Part shown: positions 1-9,978 of the stretch, piece after piece | How positions within the stretch are numbered: position 1 is the first letter of the stretch | Layout: each line of letters begins with the position of its first letter | DNA from: an uncultured virus (IMG/VR IMGVR_UViG_3300022555_003212) | Taxonomy: Duplodnaviria > Heunggongvirae > Uroviricota > Caudoviricetes | Virus record (IMG/VR): IMGVR_UViG_3300022555_003212 | Length of the DNA: 64,000 bases | Direction: 5' to 3' (one strand) | Position numbers and translations under genes: made by a program | The notes under the pieces: generated by a model | The model's input: the letters and a program-made list of their open reading frames with translations, nothing else | The model's database searches: none | What the model was told of the DNA's origin: nothing

Positions 1-448
1 CATCTTTTTCACGCTGATAAAGCTTATAAAGATTCTTAACTGGGTCAATATGACCATTTTCTTTTACAATATATGTACAATAATTTAAAAACACTTTTTT
101 TACAACCTCTTCCAGCAATTCTGTTCTTTTAACCAGTGTGTATTCATCACCCCTATCAAATGCCATATAATCTGCTTCCCCAAACATCCAGCCTTCGTGT
201 CCAGTTATTCCAACAAATTCTATCCAAGTATAATCTTTTGACAATGGTTCGGATTTATTCACTCTTTTTTCACCTTTAACTTCAACTTTTATAGTTTTTC
301 CTGATGAATTAGTAACCTTAAAATCAAAATGTTCATAAATGTTTTGGCGGTCACTTGAATCAATCACATTTAAGCCTTTAGATTCAGCATAAGTTCTGAA
401 TTTTTCTTCTACTTCTTTACCATACTTTTTATCTTTTGCATAAATCAT
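1..448 (-). CDS. PD-(D/E)XK-like phage nuclease (partial, runs off window)
   Basis: Manual translation MIYAKDKKYGKEVEEKF...HFDFKV...VEVKG...WIEF...GWMFGEADYMAF; D...ExK pattern. Confidence 0.55.
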   Translation of the reverse strand, partial: MIYAKDKKYGKEVEEKFRTYAESKGLNVIDSSDRQNIYEHFDFKVTNSSGKTIKVEVKGEKRVNKSEPLSKDYTWIEFVGITGHEGWMFGEADYMAFDRGDEYTLVKRTELLEEVVKKVFLNYCTYIVKENGHIDPVKNLYKLYQREKD

Positions 449-508
449 ACATATTAGATTGTTTTTATGTATATACATAGTTAGATATGATAAATAAGTT
501 TTCGTTTT

Positions 509-517
509 AAATATATA
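509..517 (+). promoter_or_regulatory. putative phage late promoter (T/A)AATATATA
   Basis: AAATATATA 4 nt before ATG 522; motif recurs before N-tagged operons. Confidence 0.6.
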
Positions 518-521
518 CTGT

Positions 522-878
522 ATGATCAAAATATTTGAAGATTTTGTTTTATATAAACTTGATTTAAAAAAAGGTGATTATGTTGTCACCTACAGGGAAA
601 AATTTTTGGATGCTTTATTCTTAAGAATGATTGACGTGGATACTAAGCACGGCAATTCTTTAGGCGATCATCAATATCACTGGGACATAATTGATTCTGT
701 TGGGTGGGAAAAGAACCCTGATCTTATGAAGGGTAGAACACGTTGGATGTTTTTGCCAAACACCGAGACTGAAACACTATTATACTCTGGATCGATCTAT
801 GGTAAAGCTCAGGATGCATTTGATCAAGCAAAATTAACTATACAAAGACTGGCAAGTACGAGGAGGTTTGACTTATGA
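522..878 (+). CDS. class A tagged protein, paralog of 16182
   Basis: MIKIFE...RRFDL. Confidence 0.85.
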   Translation: MIKIFEDFVLYKLDLKKGDYVVTYREKFLDALFLRMIDVDTKHGNSLGDHQYHWDIIDSVGWEKNPDLMKGRTRWMFLPNTETETLLYSGSIYGKAQDAFDQAKLTIQRLASTRRFDL

Positions 879-1225
879 TAACTAATTTCAAACTATTTGA
901 AACCAATTTGGTTCATACCATCGTTAAAGATAAATTTCTCTGTGTTAAATCTGATGCCCCCGAATTTACGGCTGGTAAAATTTATGATTGCTATGAAGAA
1001 AAATCCAATTTTATACTAATCGTAAATGATCATGGTCGAGAAGAAAAAATAATTGAGAATCATTGGTTGTTCAATAAAAAACATAATACAATTTCAACTC
1101 ACCACTATTCATACATGAAGCAAACATCATCAGTTACAGCAAATTTTTTGTATGCCTATTTTATGAAGAATAAAACGTTAGAAGAATATGAAAAAATGCA
1201 AAGAGAAAAAAGATTTGATTTATAA
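875..1225 (+). CDS. class A tagged protein (LCxK..FTxGKxY family)
   Basis: MITNFKLFE...KRFDL. Confidence 0.85.
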   Translation: MITNFKLFETNLVHTIVKDKFLCVKSDAPEFTAGKIYDCYEEKSNFILIVNDHGREEKIIENHWLFNKKHNTISTHHYSYMKQTSSVTANFLYAYFMKNKTLEEYEKMQREKRFDL

Positions 1226-1241
1226 AAAATAATAACTAATT

Positions 1242-1444
1242 ATGAAATACTTAAGTCGTATTAATGAAAATACAACAATAAAGAAGGACCTTAAACAACG
1301 TTCAGAATATATAACTGTTGAGGTTATATCTGATTCTTTATACTTTTTGCCAACTTTAAAATGGGGGTGCGCTTTTTTATCATGTTTATCATTTCTAACA
1401 CACAATATTAAATCTTCTTCTTTTAATGTATCAAATGTTTTCAT
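1242..1444. pseudogene. 5' halves of two convergent genes joined, 3' ends apparently deleted
   Basis: + strand MKYLSRINE from 1242 and - strand MKTFD..LILCV..FKVGKKY from 1444 run into each other near 1330; neither has a tail tag. Confidence 0.5.
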
Positions 1445-1460
1445 ACATTCTAATTTTCAA

Positions 1461-1533
1461 CAAATATACAAACAACTATTCAAATAAAAAAATCAAACAA
1501 ATTTTTTTTTCTCATATAATAGTTGTACATTTG
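1461..1533. promoter_or_regulatory. divergent Bacteroidota-type -7 promoters (TAnnTTTG)
   Basis: TATATTTG on - strand 1461-1468; TACATTTG on + strand 1526-1533. Confidence 0.65.
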
Positions 1534-1550
1534 TACTTTAATTCAACTAT

Positions 1551-1892
1551 ATGGTAGCCAAAGGAGAATATCTGATCATTAAACCAACTAACCGCTGGGA
1601 AACAAATCCAGATACAAAACCGCCACGACTTATTCGTATTGAATCAGGCCCTATATTAGATATGGGTATTAATAATGGTGAACCTGTTGAAGTTACTAAC
1701 CCACTTGGAATAAAGCATGCACTTGCAGACAGAAACATTTGGGGTGGATCGTGTGCTTTATATTTTGACCCATTCGGTAGGTACTGGTCGGGTAATGGAA
1801 ATGATTATGAAATACTTTGGAGAGGATTCGATCTTGATGAAGCAAACAGGAATTTGATTTCAATTGTTAATGGTAATAGATTCGACTTATGA
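1551..1892 (+). CDS. FDL-tailed protein, no N-tag
   Basis: MVAKGEY...NRFDL. Confidence 0.85.
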   Translation: MVAKGEYLIIKPTNRWETNPDTKPPRLIRIESGPILDMGINNGEPVEVTNPLGIKHALADRNIWGGSCALYFDPFGRYWSGNGNDYEILWRGFDLDEANRNLISIVNGNRFDL

Positions 1893-2221
1893 TAGGTAAA
1901 ACTCCATCACAACGTAAGCATGAACGCCTAATTAAAAGACGTGCTGCTATGGATTTAAAAAATCCTAAGAAACCTGAATTTAAAGAGGGTGAAATTGTAT
2001 ATTGTAAGCATGAACTGGATAGTTCCCTAATATTTGGTGAAACTTATACAATTGGAACAATTACAAAAAATATTACTTCAGTATATTCTTATTGGGTAAT
2101 AGGTAAGCTTTCAAACGGTCACGAAGAAGGTGGTAATTTTGCTGAATATAGATTTACCAATTCTAAAGATATAATTGAAAAAATAAAAAAATATAGAATT
2201 CAAAAAAGATTTGACTTATGA
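1889..2221 (+). CDS. FDL-tailed protein, no N-tag (GExVYC family)
   Basis: ...KRFDL. Confidence 0.85.
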   Translation: MIGKTPSQRKHERLIKRRAAMDLKNPKKPEFKEGEIVYCKHELDSSLIFGETYTIGTITKNITSVYSYWVIGKLSNGHEEGGNFAEYRFTNSKDIIEKIKKYRIQKRFDL

Positions 2222-2547
2222 TACTCAACAAAAGCTTTGATGATGTTGATATAATGTATATGAAATTGCTTTGCGTTAAGTCTGATCATTTGGCAAATTC
2301 TACACATAAATTTACAACTGGTAAAAAATATAAAACTGAGTTTCACATTAACCATCACAATGAAGATGGTAAGCTTCCATTTCTTTTTATTTTAACTGCA
2401 ACAAATATTTTACCTGATGTTACAACAATATCACTATATCAATTGAACGACTATACTTACTATGATAAGGATAGTGATAGTTTGTTTACTCACTTATCAT
2501 TAGAATCATACAACAAAATATTAATTACTGATAGGTTCGACTTATGA
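2218..2547 (+). CDS. FDL-tailed protein, no clear N-tag (LCxK..FTxGKxY family)
   Basis: ...DRFDL. Confidence 0.85.
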   Translation: MILNKSFDDVDIMYMKLLCVKSDHLANSTHKFTTGKKYKTEFHINHHNEDGKLPFLFILTATNILPDVTTISLYQLNDYTYYDKDSDSLFTHLSLESYNKILITDRFDL

Positions 2548-2906
2548 TACAATCAGATAATATTGAGGATGACTTTTGGGATGAACTGGAAGCTCCTAAA
2601 ATAGACCTTAGCAAGCCCCAGATAGGAGATTATGTGATATGTGATATACCACACCATCCTGAAAATAGATTCATCTCAGCCAGTATAGGAAAGATATTTA
2701 ATGCTGAACGAATGCTTGTAAAAGCAACAGTAAAAGATTTACAGGGTCGTGAATATACCGATTGGGTACGTGGTAAGGAAATAATTTACAAAATCAGATG
2801 GGAAAATAAACTTGAACTTGAGGTAGAGCTGGAATACATTAAACATTTTTCGTGGCGAAAAAAGAAATTGGTACGACTACTGAGAGAACAGCGGTTCGAT
2901 TTATAA
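2544..2906 (+). CDS. FDL-tailed protein, no clear N-tag (PxxGDYVIC family)
   Basis: ...QRFDL. Confidence 0.85.
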   Translation: MIQSDNIEDDFWDELEAPKIDLSKPQIGDYVICDIPHHPENRFISASIGKIFNAERMLVKATVKDLQGREYTDWVRGKEIIYKIRWENKLELEVELEYIKHFSWRKKKLVRLLREQRFDL

Positions 2907-2911
2907 GAATT

Positions 2912-2937
2912 GGTGAGAAAGTTTCTCACCTTTTTTT
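2912..2937 (+). terminator. intrinsic terminator
   Basis: GGTGAGAA-agt-TTCTCACC followed by T7. Confidence 0.8.
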
Positions 2938-2949
2938 ATATATACCACC

Positions 2950-3303
2950 ATGAAGTATTTAAAACTGTTTGAAGCAAGCCACCCATATCCAGACACTTTG
3001 CTATGCATTAAAAAGTCTAAGCAAAAATACAAATTTACAGACGGTAAATCATATAAAGTTTATAATGCTACAACAGCCAGATGGTTTGCGCCATACGGGG
3101 TATATGATGAATTTATGCTGCGCCCAGACGATGACGAAAATGGTACGCAATATAAATTGGTGCATGCTTATTTGGAACATTCAACAGGAGTTAATTCATT
3201 CAAATATTATTACATGGGTAGTGATGATGGTGGCGCATTATTCACAACAGAAACACTCGAAGAATATAAAAAAAGAACAGCACAAGAAAGATTTGACCTA
3301 TGA
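2950..3303 (+). CDS. class A tagged protein (LCxK..FTxGKxY family)
   Basis: TTATATATA 5 nt upstream; MKYLKLFE...ERFDL. Confidence 0.85.
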   Translation: MKYLKLFEASHPYPDTLLCIKKSKQKYKFTDGKSYKVYNATTARWFAPYGVYDEFMLRPDDDENGTQYKLVHAYLEHSTGVNSFKYYYMGSDDGGALFTTETLEEYKKRTAQERFDL

Positions 3304-3677
3304 TTATATCATTTAGCATATATGAGAAACTAAAGCCAGCCACAGAAGCCAAAATAGGCGATTATATCCTCTTTGAGACACTTTCTTATGAAAATGATAG
3401 AGAACTATCAAAAAGGATAATACCATTCTTAAAAGGTACCGTAGGAAAGATTATAGATATAAAAGCTGGGACAACAATTGTAGTTGCGTGGTATATTCAA
3501 GATTCATTCAATGATGATTTTTTCAATGAACATGGAAATAACTTATATTCACATGAATTTAATGCGTTCAATCCATTCAATATGAAAACTATTGAAAAAA
3601 ATGATCACACATATTTTGTTTCATCTAATAAAAAAGAATTGGAAAAACTTTTAGTACAAAAAAGATTTGACCTATGA
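3300..3677 (+). CDS. class A tagged protein (GDY family)
   Basis: MIISFSIYE...KRFDL. Confidence 0.85.
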   Translation: MIISFSIYEKLKPATEAKIGDYILFETLSYENDRELSKRIIPFLKGTVGKIIDIKAGTTIVVAWYIQDSFNDDFFNEHGNNLYSHEFNAFNPFNMKTIEKNDHTYFVSSNKKELEKLLVQKRFDL

Positions 3678-4043
3678 TAACAGATTTTAATGTTTTTGAA
3701 AATAATTCAAAACCTCAGGTTGGTGATTATGTAATTGTTGAAGATAAAACTCTTTCTGGGTTTGCTGGATTAAACAATTCAGAAGCAGAGGCACATGACT
3801 TCATCTTAGGATCAGTTGGGCAAATAGTTTATATTGGAGATTATCAAAACGATAGTTCACATCCATATCTGGTTAGATTCAAACATGTACCTGAACATTT
3901 AACTGGATTCTTTCCAGTAGAAGCTGAAGGTGAAAGTACACCAAGTGGGAATAAGATTGTTTGCAGAAAGTGAAATAAAATTCTTTGGTAAATCTGAGTT
4001 AGTAGTTAAGGCCCAACAAAAAGGAAATCGATTTGATTTATGA
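3674..4043 (+). pseudogene. class A gene with 1-nt frameshift near 3947
   Basis: MITDFNVFE...; alternative frame from 3951 gives IRLFAESEIKFFGKSELVVKAQQKGNRFDL-stop. Confidence 0.75.
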
Positions 4044-4453
4044 TACATATTAAATTATACAAAGAATCTAAGCAATATGAATATGAAATAGATATGAAAA
4101 CTCTGTTAAATTTCTGTGCAAAAATGGATGGGTTTGTAAAATTTTTTAGTTATTTTATGGATGATTTGTTTTTAAAACGTAAAGTGGAATTTTATTGTAA
4201 TCAATGTGGCACTATGCACACTGGGGTTGTAAATCATGTTGCATATGAAATTTGGGATGATGTAGATGATCATAGCAAATTTTTCTGGGATAGATTACAG
4301 TTTCAATTAAACGAATGGAAAGATGATGAAATTTGGAATCATCAAACTGATGTAAATTATTCTGTTACTATCAGAAGTAAATTACCAGAAAGATTTACAA
4401 AAATTTTAGATTATGCTAAAAAGGATAAAACATTTCAGCAATTCGATTTATAA
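4040..4453 (+). CDS. class A tagged protein
   Basis: MIHIKLYKE...QQFDL. Confidence 0.85.
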   Translation: MIHIKLYKESKQYEYEIDMKTLLNFCAKMDGFVKFFSYFMDDLFLKRKVEFYCNQCGTMHTGVVNHVAYEIWDDVDDHSKFFWDRLQFQLNEWKDDEIWNHQTDVNYSVTIRSKLPERFTKILDYAKKDKTFQQFDL

Positions 4454-4912
4454 ATCGAACTGTTCTTCTTTCAATTTTTGATTGTAAAAATTTACATTGA
4501 TATTCGGAATATCCTTTCTATCAAATATTATGTCACTGTAATCAGTTAGCATCTTCAAATTCTTTAATATTAGTGTTCTTTTTTCAATATCAAAATTTAA
4601 AGCTATTAATAATTTTGTTGTACAATCAATTCTAAATGTTGCATCTTTTTCATTGGTGCCATGCCAACTTATAGCTAAATTAAATTCTTTTCTATTCACT
4701 GAATTAATTTTAACCATCATAACAGTTCCACCTCTTCGTTGAAGACTTATTCTTTTTGGTATTGTGCCGCCAATTGTACTTGGGTTTATATTTGAACTGA
4801 CATCAAATGATTGAAAAAATGCCTTAATATTATTAAAAAAATCTTCCATATCATATACAGCTTTATCTGCGGCTGCATCTTCAACTTGATTATATTCACG
4901 CAAAAATTTCAT
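4448..4912 (-). CDS. class A tagged protein
   Basis: MKFLREYNQVE...EQFDL; tail-to-tail with 4040. Confidence 0.85.
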   Translation of the reverse strand: MKFLREYNQVEDAAADKAVYDMEDFFNNIKAFFQSFDVSSNINPSTIGGTIPKRISLQRRGGTVMMVKINSVNRKEFNLAISWHGTNEKDATFRIDCTTKLLIALNFDIEKRTLILKNLKMLTDYSDIIFDRKDIPNINVNFYNQKLKEEQFDL

Positions 4913-4916
4913 GATC

Positions 4917-4932
4917 TATATATTAATATATA
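4917..4932. promoter_or_regulatory. palindromic bidirectional late-type promoter
   Basis: Perfect palindrome TATATATTAATATATA between divergent tagged genes (ATG 4912 - and 4944 +). Confidence 0.65.
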
Positions 4933-4943
4933 CTCGTGAAATT

Positions 4944-5369
4944 ATGAGATATATTAAACATTACGAAAAAGTAGAAGAGCAACAACCATTTATCAAAGGT
5001 GAGTATATGATATGGAAAATGGTTGAGGATAAAATTAAGTTGCCATCAAATATGTATCAAGGAATATCACCAGAAGAAGGTAATAATTTTTTCTTAGTTC
5101 AGACATTAAAAGGCGGAAAAAAACAAGCTGGCACTGGATATCCTAAACCTAAGAATGAGTATGCCAATGGTCAAATTTTAAATGTTAGGTGGTCAACACC
5201 AGATTTTATGATCAGAATTAATGTTTTATATGATTATAAAGATGAATCATATTACGATGAAGGTGGTAAACTTGGAGGTAGATGGAAATTAGTTTGGAGA
5301 GGTACGAATTTGAAAAAAGCAAAAGAAAAATTAAAAATGATGCCAGCAGAAAATAGATTTGATTTATGA
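4944..5369 (+). CDS. class A tagged protein
   Basis: Start moved to MRYIKHYE;...NRFDL. Confidence 0.8.
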   Translation: MRYIKHYEKVEEQQPFIKGEYMIWKMVEDKIKLPSNMYQGISPEEGNNFFLVQTLKGGKKQAGTGYPKPKNEYANGQILNVRWSTPDFMIRINVLYDYKDESYYDEGGKLGGRWKLVWRGTNLKKAKEKLKMMPAENRFDL

Positions 5370-5632
5370 TAACAAAATTTAAACTATTTGAAAATTTAAA
5401 TGCCCCCAAAAAAGGATATTATGCCATGGTTAGTGAGGTACAACTTAAAGATAAAGTATTCACTGATCATATTGGAATTATAAAGAAAGTTCACAATGAT
5501 GATGAAATCTTTGTGGAATTTGAAGAAGAACCAAATACTTGGATTGAATTTTTACCTTTTGAAGTATTAGCATGGGGTAAGACTAAAGATGATGTGAAAA
5601 AAATTGTAATACAAGACAGATTCGACCTATGA
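5366..5632 (+). CDS. class A tagged protein (GDY family)
   Basis: MITKFKLFE...DRFDL. Confidence 0.85.
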   Translation: MITKFKLFENLNAPKKGYYAMVSEVQLKDKVFTDHIGIIKKVHNDDEIFVEFEEEPNTWIEFLPFEVLAWGKTKDDVKKIVIQDRFDL

Positions 5633-5937
5633 TAACTAACTATAAATTGTTTGAAACAATTGAAAAATATAAAGCTTTTTTTGTAACATGCATAATCAAA
5701 AGACATGGATCAATTAGTGATTTTATATTCACAAACAATAAAGAATACAAAATAACTCCGCACCCAGTGGGGAATTGGAAATTTTCACTGATTGATGATG
5801 TTGGAACAACTAAATATTTGGTACAAATTAATGCAAATGAATTTAAATCTAAGGATTCTCTTACCGATTATATAATATTTGTTAAAGATGTTGAAACTTA
5901 TAGAAAGAATTGTATCGAAAAAGAATTTGATCTATGA
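5629..5937 (+). CDS. class A tagged protein
   Basis: MITNYKLFE...KEFDL. Confidence 0.85.
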   Translation: MITNYKLFETIEKYKAFFVTCIIKRHGSISDFIFTNNKEYKITPHPVGNWKFSLIDDVGTTKYLVQINANEFKSKDSLTDYIIFVKDVETYRKNCIEKEFDL

Positions 5938-6203
5938 TAACCAACTATAAATTATTTGAAGGCAAAAATTTTCCAACAAAAGGTGATTATGTTATGATAT
6001 CATTTCCAGAATTTTTTAAAGATAAATGGGGATTAATAACAGATGTTAGAGCATCTGGTGATCATTTTTTTGTAAAGTTTGAATTCGCTATTCATTCTAT
6101 TAATCGTAATGATATTGTAACATGGACAAAAACTAAAAAAGAACGAGAGTTAGTAAGGATAGAAATTGAAAAACAAAAAATAAAAAAGCAATTTGATTTA
6201 TGA
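5934..6203 (+). CDS. class A tagged protein (GDY family)
   Basis: MITNYKLFE...KQFDL. Confidence 0.85.
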   Translation: MITNYKLFEGKNFPTKGDYVMISFPEFFKDKWGLITDVRASGDHFFVKFEFAIHSINRNDIVTWTKTKKERELVRIEIEKQKIKKQFDL

Positions 6204-6493
6204 TAACCAGCTATAAAATATTTGAATCATTACATAATCATGTATTACTTATAACAGAGCCGCATTCAGACTATTATCGCAAATTTACATATGGGAAACT
6301 GTATAAATTATATGATAGTGGGAAAGCTGGATTAAGATTAAAAGATGATAATGGTAAGTTTGATAATCTTTGGATACATGATGTTCGGGAGGTTCCTATC
6401 ATATTTACAAATGGGGCTCGGTATTCGTTTACAAGAGATAAAAGTATTGAAGCATATAAAAGAAGATTAACACAGCAACAATTTGATCTATAA
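6200..6493 (+). CDS. class A tagged protein
   Basis: MITSYKIFE...QQFDL. Confidence 0.85.
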   Translation: MITSYKIFESLHNHVLLITEPHSDYYRKFTYGKLYKLYDSGKAGLRLKDDNGKFDNLWIHDVREVPIIFTNGARYSFTRDKSIEAYKRRLTQQQFDL

Positions 6494-6793
6494 GTCAAAT
6501 CTTTTACCTACGAGCATAGATTCAATACTCCTTCTATTACTTGAGTGAAATACAATCTTATTTTTATTGAACCTTTTTATATGATAATTACCATCATTTT
6601 TGAAATAATGCTTAGCTAAAAACTCTGGGAAGTTTTCATCATAGAAAACAACAACGTATTCGTTTTTGACTACGGTGGAGATTTGCCCAATATGAGTTGC
6701 CAGATATGATGTCATAATCTTATCACCTATGCTTTCTTTGCATAGAACGAATTCCCCCGCTTCACAATATACTGGTTCCCCTTGAATTTTCAT
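6488..6793 (-). CDS. FDL-tailed protein, no N-tag (GDY family)
   Basis: Start MKIQGEP at 6793 after TATTTTTG (6809-6816);...KRFDL. Confidence 0.8.
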   Translation of the reverse strand: MKIQGEPVYCEAGEFVLCKESIGDKIMTSYLATHIGQISTVVKNEYVVVFYDENFPEFLAKHYFKNDGNYHIKRFNKNKIVFHSSNRRSIESMLVGKRFDL

Positions 6794-6859
6794 ATCGAAT
6801 AATTTTTGCAAAAATACAACAATAATTCGAATAAAAAAAATTTTAAAGAATAAAAAAAT

Positions 6860-7360
6860 TTAAAGGCTATTAATTCGTTTCAATTTTTCAATACGTGATC
6901 CTTTAATCCGCTTACCTACATTCTCAGGCTTCATATATATGTCATAATCACCATAAATGAAAAAACCATGTTTTTCTGACAATTCATCACGCTTTAACTC
7001 ATTTTGTATGCTACGTATATGTTGATCCATCAGGTCGTCATCAACAGTAAACATAATAATTTCACGAAAAGGACTAAAGCATAACTGAGACAGAAAATTT
7101 TCTGCTAACTTGTTCTCTTTTGTGGTTTCCGATAAATTATATGATACATCCATTATATAATTTAAAACGTAACATATACGGGAGCCGCTTAGTTTCATGA
7201 CTTCATTTGTAAAATTATTCATGTCCTTTGGCGAAGCTGTGGCTGGTATATTTGGCTGGTTGAAAACTTTAATCAGAATAAATTCAACAAAATCAACAAC
7301 AATCTGATTTTCCTTTTTATTAGAAATTTGATTGATATAAACATCAAGAATATTTTCCAT
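6860..7360 (-). CDS. hypothetical protein, paralog of 20474, class B-like tail
   Basis: MENILDVY...FLSQLCFSPFR...SRIEKLKRI. Confidence 0.8.
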   Translation of the reverse strand: MENILDVYINQISNKKENQIVVDFVEFILIKVFNQPNIPATASPKDMNNFTNEVMKLSGSRICYVLNYIMDVSYNLSETTKENKLAENFLSQLCFSPFREIIMFTVDDDLMDQHIRSIQNELKRDELSEKHGFFIYGDYDIYMKPENVGKRIKGSRIEKLKRINSL

Positions 7361-7689
7361 TATTTTAATCTGTTTAACATTATCATTTTTTGATCTGGAA
7401 ACAATTTTATATATGCTTCAAGCGGTGATAATCTGTTATCACCTCTCAAATTTTTATCCTTTCGTAGTTTGGATAGGTCCAATCCTTCGGTTATAATTTC
7501 GTCAGATGTAATAACACATGGGCAACAACGCATTTCAAGTTTCATTACCCTTTTAGTGTAGCCTATTGGCACCAAATCATTATAAATATCTGATGATTCA
7601 TTCAATCGCTCCCTTGATTCTACATGAGCGTAATAGTGCAACCATTGTATTTCAATATCAATAAGTTTGCATAGTTCATTTAATTCCAT
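7360..7689 (-). CDS. hypothetical protein
   Basis: 109 aa ORF; TATATTTG at 7694-7701. Confidence 0.75.
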   Translation of the reverse strand: MELNELCKLIDIEIQWLHYYAHVESRERLNESSDIYNDLVPIGYTKRVMKLEMRCCPCVITSDEIITEGLDLSKLRKDKNLRGDNRLSPLEAYIKLFPDQKMIMLNRLK

Positions 7690-7749
7690 TAAGCAAATAT
7701 AATGAATATTTCTTATAAAAAAAAGTTGAGTGAATTTTATATATACAAT

Positions 7750-8113
7750 ATGAGATATTTAAAGCTATTCGAAGACAGATTATAATCCAGACAATGAAAA
7801 TACAATTGAAGAAGATGATTATGTAGATTTTGGTAGAAATAAAATTGGTAAATGCTATCATGTATTTGTCAATCATATGTCTGAAATAGATGGTTATATT
7901 AACCCAAAGGCTACTCTTCAAGGTAAAAAAATAAAGGTTAGAACAGGATACTTCAAAACTATCATAATTGATGGAAATGGATATGGTGTAGAAGAACTTG
8001 AAGAAATATTTCCACTTGACTATAAAAAACCACCAAAAGCAACACCAGAACAAATAAAAGAATATGATAAAATAGAATTCAGAAATAAAACAGAAAAGCG
8101 ATTTGACTTATGA
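7750..8113 (+). pseudogene. class A gene frameshifted just after N-tag
   Basis: MRYLKLFEDRL-stop from 7750; other frame open from about 7775 to KRFDL. Confidence 0.7.
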
Positions 8114-8448
8114 CATATATTAAATTATTCGAAAGCAAAATAGGAGACATAGAATATACACCTACTGGAACGTATTTATTATGTGTAAAATCACCAGATG
8201 AGGTTTCATCTGGAATGATGGTAACCATATGGAAAAAATATAACCTTCTGAGTAAATTTAATAGGTTTAGTGAAAGAGCAACCCTTGCTATAAAAGATGA
8301 TATGGGTAACTATAGAGGTATACAACCATCTTGGACTAATGATTGTGAGTATACAAGAGGAAACATTAATCAATCAGTAATATTCACAACAGACAATTCA
8401 ATGGAAGCATATAAAAAAAGAAAAGCACAAGATAGATTTGACCTATGA
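8110..8448 (+). CDS. class A tagged protein (LCxK family)
   Basis: MTYIKLFE...DRFDL. Confidence 0.85.
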   Translation: MTYIKLFESKIGDIEYTPTGTYLLCVKSPDEVSSGMMVTIWKKYNLLSKFNRFSERATLAIKDDMGNYRGIQPSWTNDCEYTRGNINQSVIFTTDNSMEAYKKRKAQDRFDL

Positions 8449-8810
8449 TATATCTACACAAATACAATGAAATTGTTGATCATACAATACTCAAAAAAAT
8501 GTATGTTGAATATCGTATTAAAGATAACGGAATAATTCATATTCAGGGAAGATGGGCAAAACATCCAAATACATCTTCAATGAATGTGATCATAGATGGG
8601 CATGAAATAGCAACTGCGATTGTACAGCAATACTATTGGAGCGGTCAAAGACATAAATGGGCTGGGTATATTATATCACCTATTGAAGCTCAAATGGATT
8701 ATTTTTTCTTAGATCAACCAAATGAAAAGTGGAAAGAATGGGATGACCCAACACCTGAAGAAATAACAATATATAATAAACTTAAAATAACTAAGCGATT
8801 CGATCTATGA
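8445..8810 (+). CDS. class A tagged protein
   Basis: MIYLHKYNE...KRFDL. Confidence 0.85.
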   Translation: MIYLHKYNEIVDHTILKKMYVEYRIKDNGIIHIQGRWAKHPNTSSMNVIIDGHEIATAIVQQYYWSGQRHKWAGYIISPIEAQMDYFFLDQPNEKWKEWDDPTPEEITIYNKLKITKRFDL

Positions 8811-9079
8811 TAACGCAATTTAAATTATTCGAAAATATTATAAATGGTATTAACGAAGATTATAATGACTGGAAAGTTGGGGATGATGTATATTGTGTTC
8901 ATATGTTTAAGAGTACTCCAATAGCACCACAAATAGGTAAAAAATATGAAATCGAAAGTATAAGAGAAGATCATCTTGTAATAACAGTACTTGGGTTTTC
9001 ATTACCAATTGATTGGTTTACTAAAAACCCAAATCATCCAGCGTTAGTTTCGCTAAGAACAAAACAATTTGACTTATAA
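8807..9079 (+). CDS. class A tagged protein (GDxVYC family)
   Basis: MITQFKLFE...KQFDL. Confidence 0.85.
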   Translation: MITQFKLFENIINGINEDYNDWKVGDDVYCVHMFKSTPIAPQIGKKYEIESIREDHLVITVLGFSLPIDWFTKNPNHPALVSLRTKQFDL

Positions 9080-9094
9080 TTTAATATATATCCT

Positions 9095-9544
9095 ATGATT
9101 ACAGAATTTAAATTATTTGAAACTAAATGGATTTATAATCTCAATTTGAGGGACTTAATTGTAGATGAATTCAATGAACTAAACCTTCCATATGATAATC
9201 ATGGTAGAAAACCAGGGACGGATCATTATAGAATTAGTAGGGAGGAACGATTAACAAAACTTTTAGTTGGAAAATATATTTCATTCTACTATGATATCAG
9301 GATTCTTAATAATCATGGGCATGATCTTGGTGAAGATGAGAAAAATGAATTGATTAGTGGAGAATGTGAAGTTCTAACATTTAAAGAAGAAGAAAGCCTT
9401 AATAATAGACCAGTGCGTAATGTGCTTACAGTACAAATAAAACACGTGGATGAAGATAATGAGATTTTCAGTTACTATTTGGATTGGACAAAGCCGATAA
9501 CAATAAACAATATAAAAAAAACAACAGCAAGGTTCGATCTATGA
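9095..9544 (+). CDS. class A tagged protein
   Basis: TAATATATA 9082-9090; MITEFKLFE...ARFDL. Confidence 0.85.
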   Translation: MITEFKLFETKWIYNLNLRDLIVDEFNELNLPYDNHGRKPGTDHYRISREERLTKLLVGKYISFYYDIRILNNHGHDLGEDEKNELISGECEVLTFKEEESLNNRPVRNVLTVQIKHVDEDNEIFSYYLDWTKPITINNIKKTTARFDL

Positions 9545-9978
9545 TAACTAATTTTAGATTATTCGAAGATACTTTATACCAGCAAAAATATACGGCTAAG
9601 AAATTTCCATCAATATTGGAACTTTGGATGGAATTACATAAATATGGAGCAACCGCCAACTGGATATCAAAATATATGGAAGCAATTGTAATGAATAAAA
9701 ATGTACTCTACAACATTTGGAAAGATATAAATCTTGATATGAATGCGGCACCTGTAAGTTATCAAAAAACTCAAATTATAAAAAACTTTAAATGCGAACT
9801 TGACGATGAACGTCATAAAAGCATATTAGAAGGCGAATATTTGGAAACAGATATATTATTCTTTAATGATGAATCGGTTGATTATTTTAACCCAATGTAC
9901 ATCTATAATTATGAGGTACCAATTGCTCTTGAAGAAGAACTCAATAAAATGAAAACACAAAGTCGTTTTGATCTATGA
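9541..9978 (+). CDS. class A tagged protein
   Basis: Start moved to MITNFRLFE;...SRFDL. Confidence 0.85.
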   Translation: MITNFRLFEDTLYQQKYTAKKFPSILELWMELHKYGATANWISKYMEAIVMNKNVLYNIWKDINLDMNAAPVSYQKTQIIKNFKCELDDERHKSILEGEYLETDILFFNDESVDYFNPMYIYNYEVPIALEEELNKMKTQSRFDL

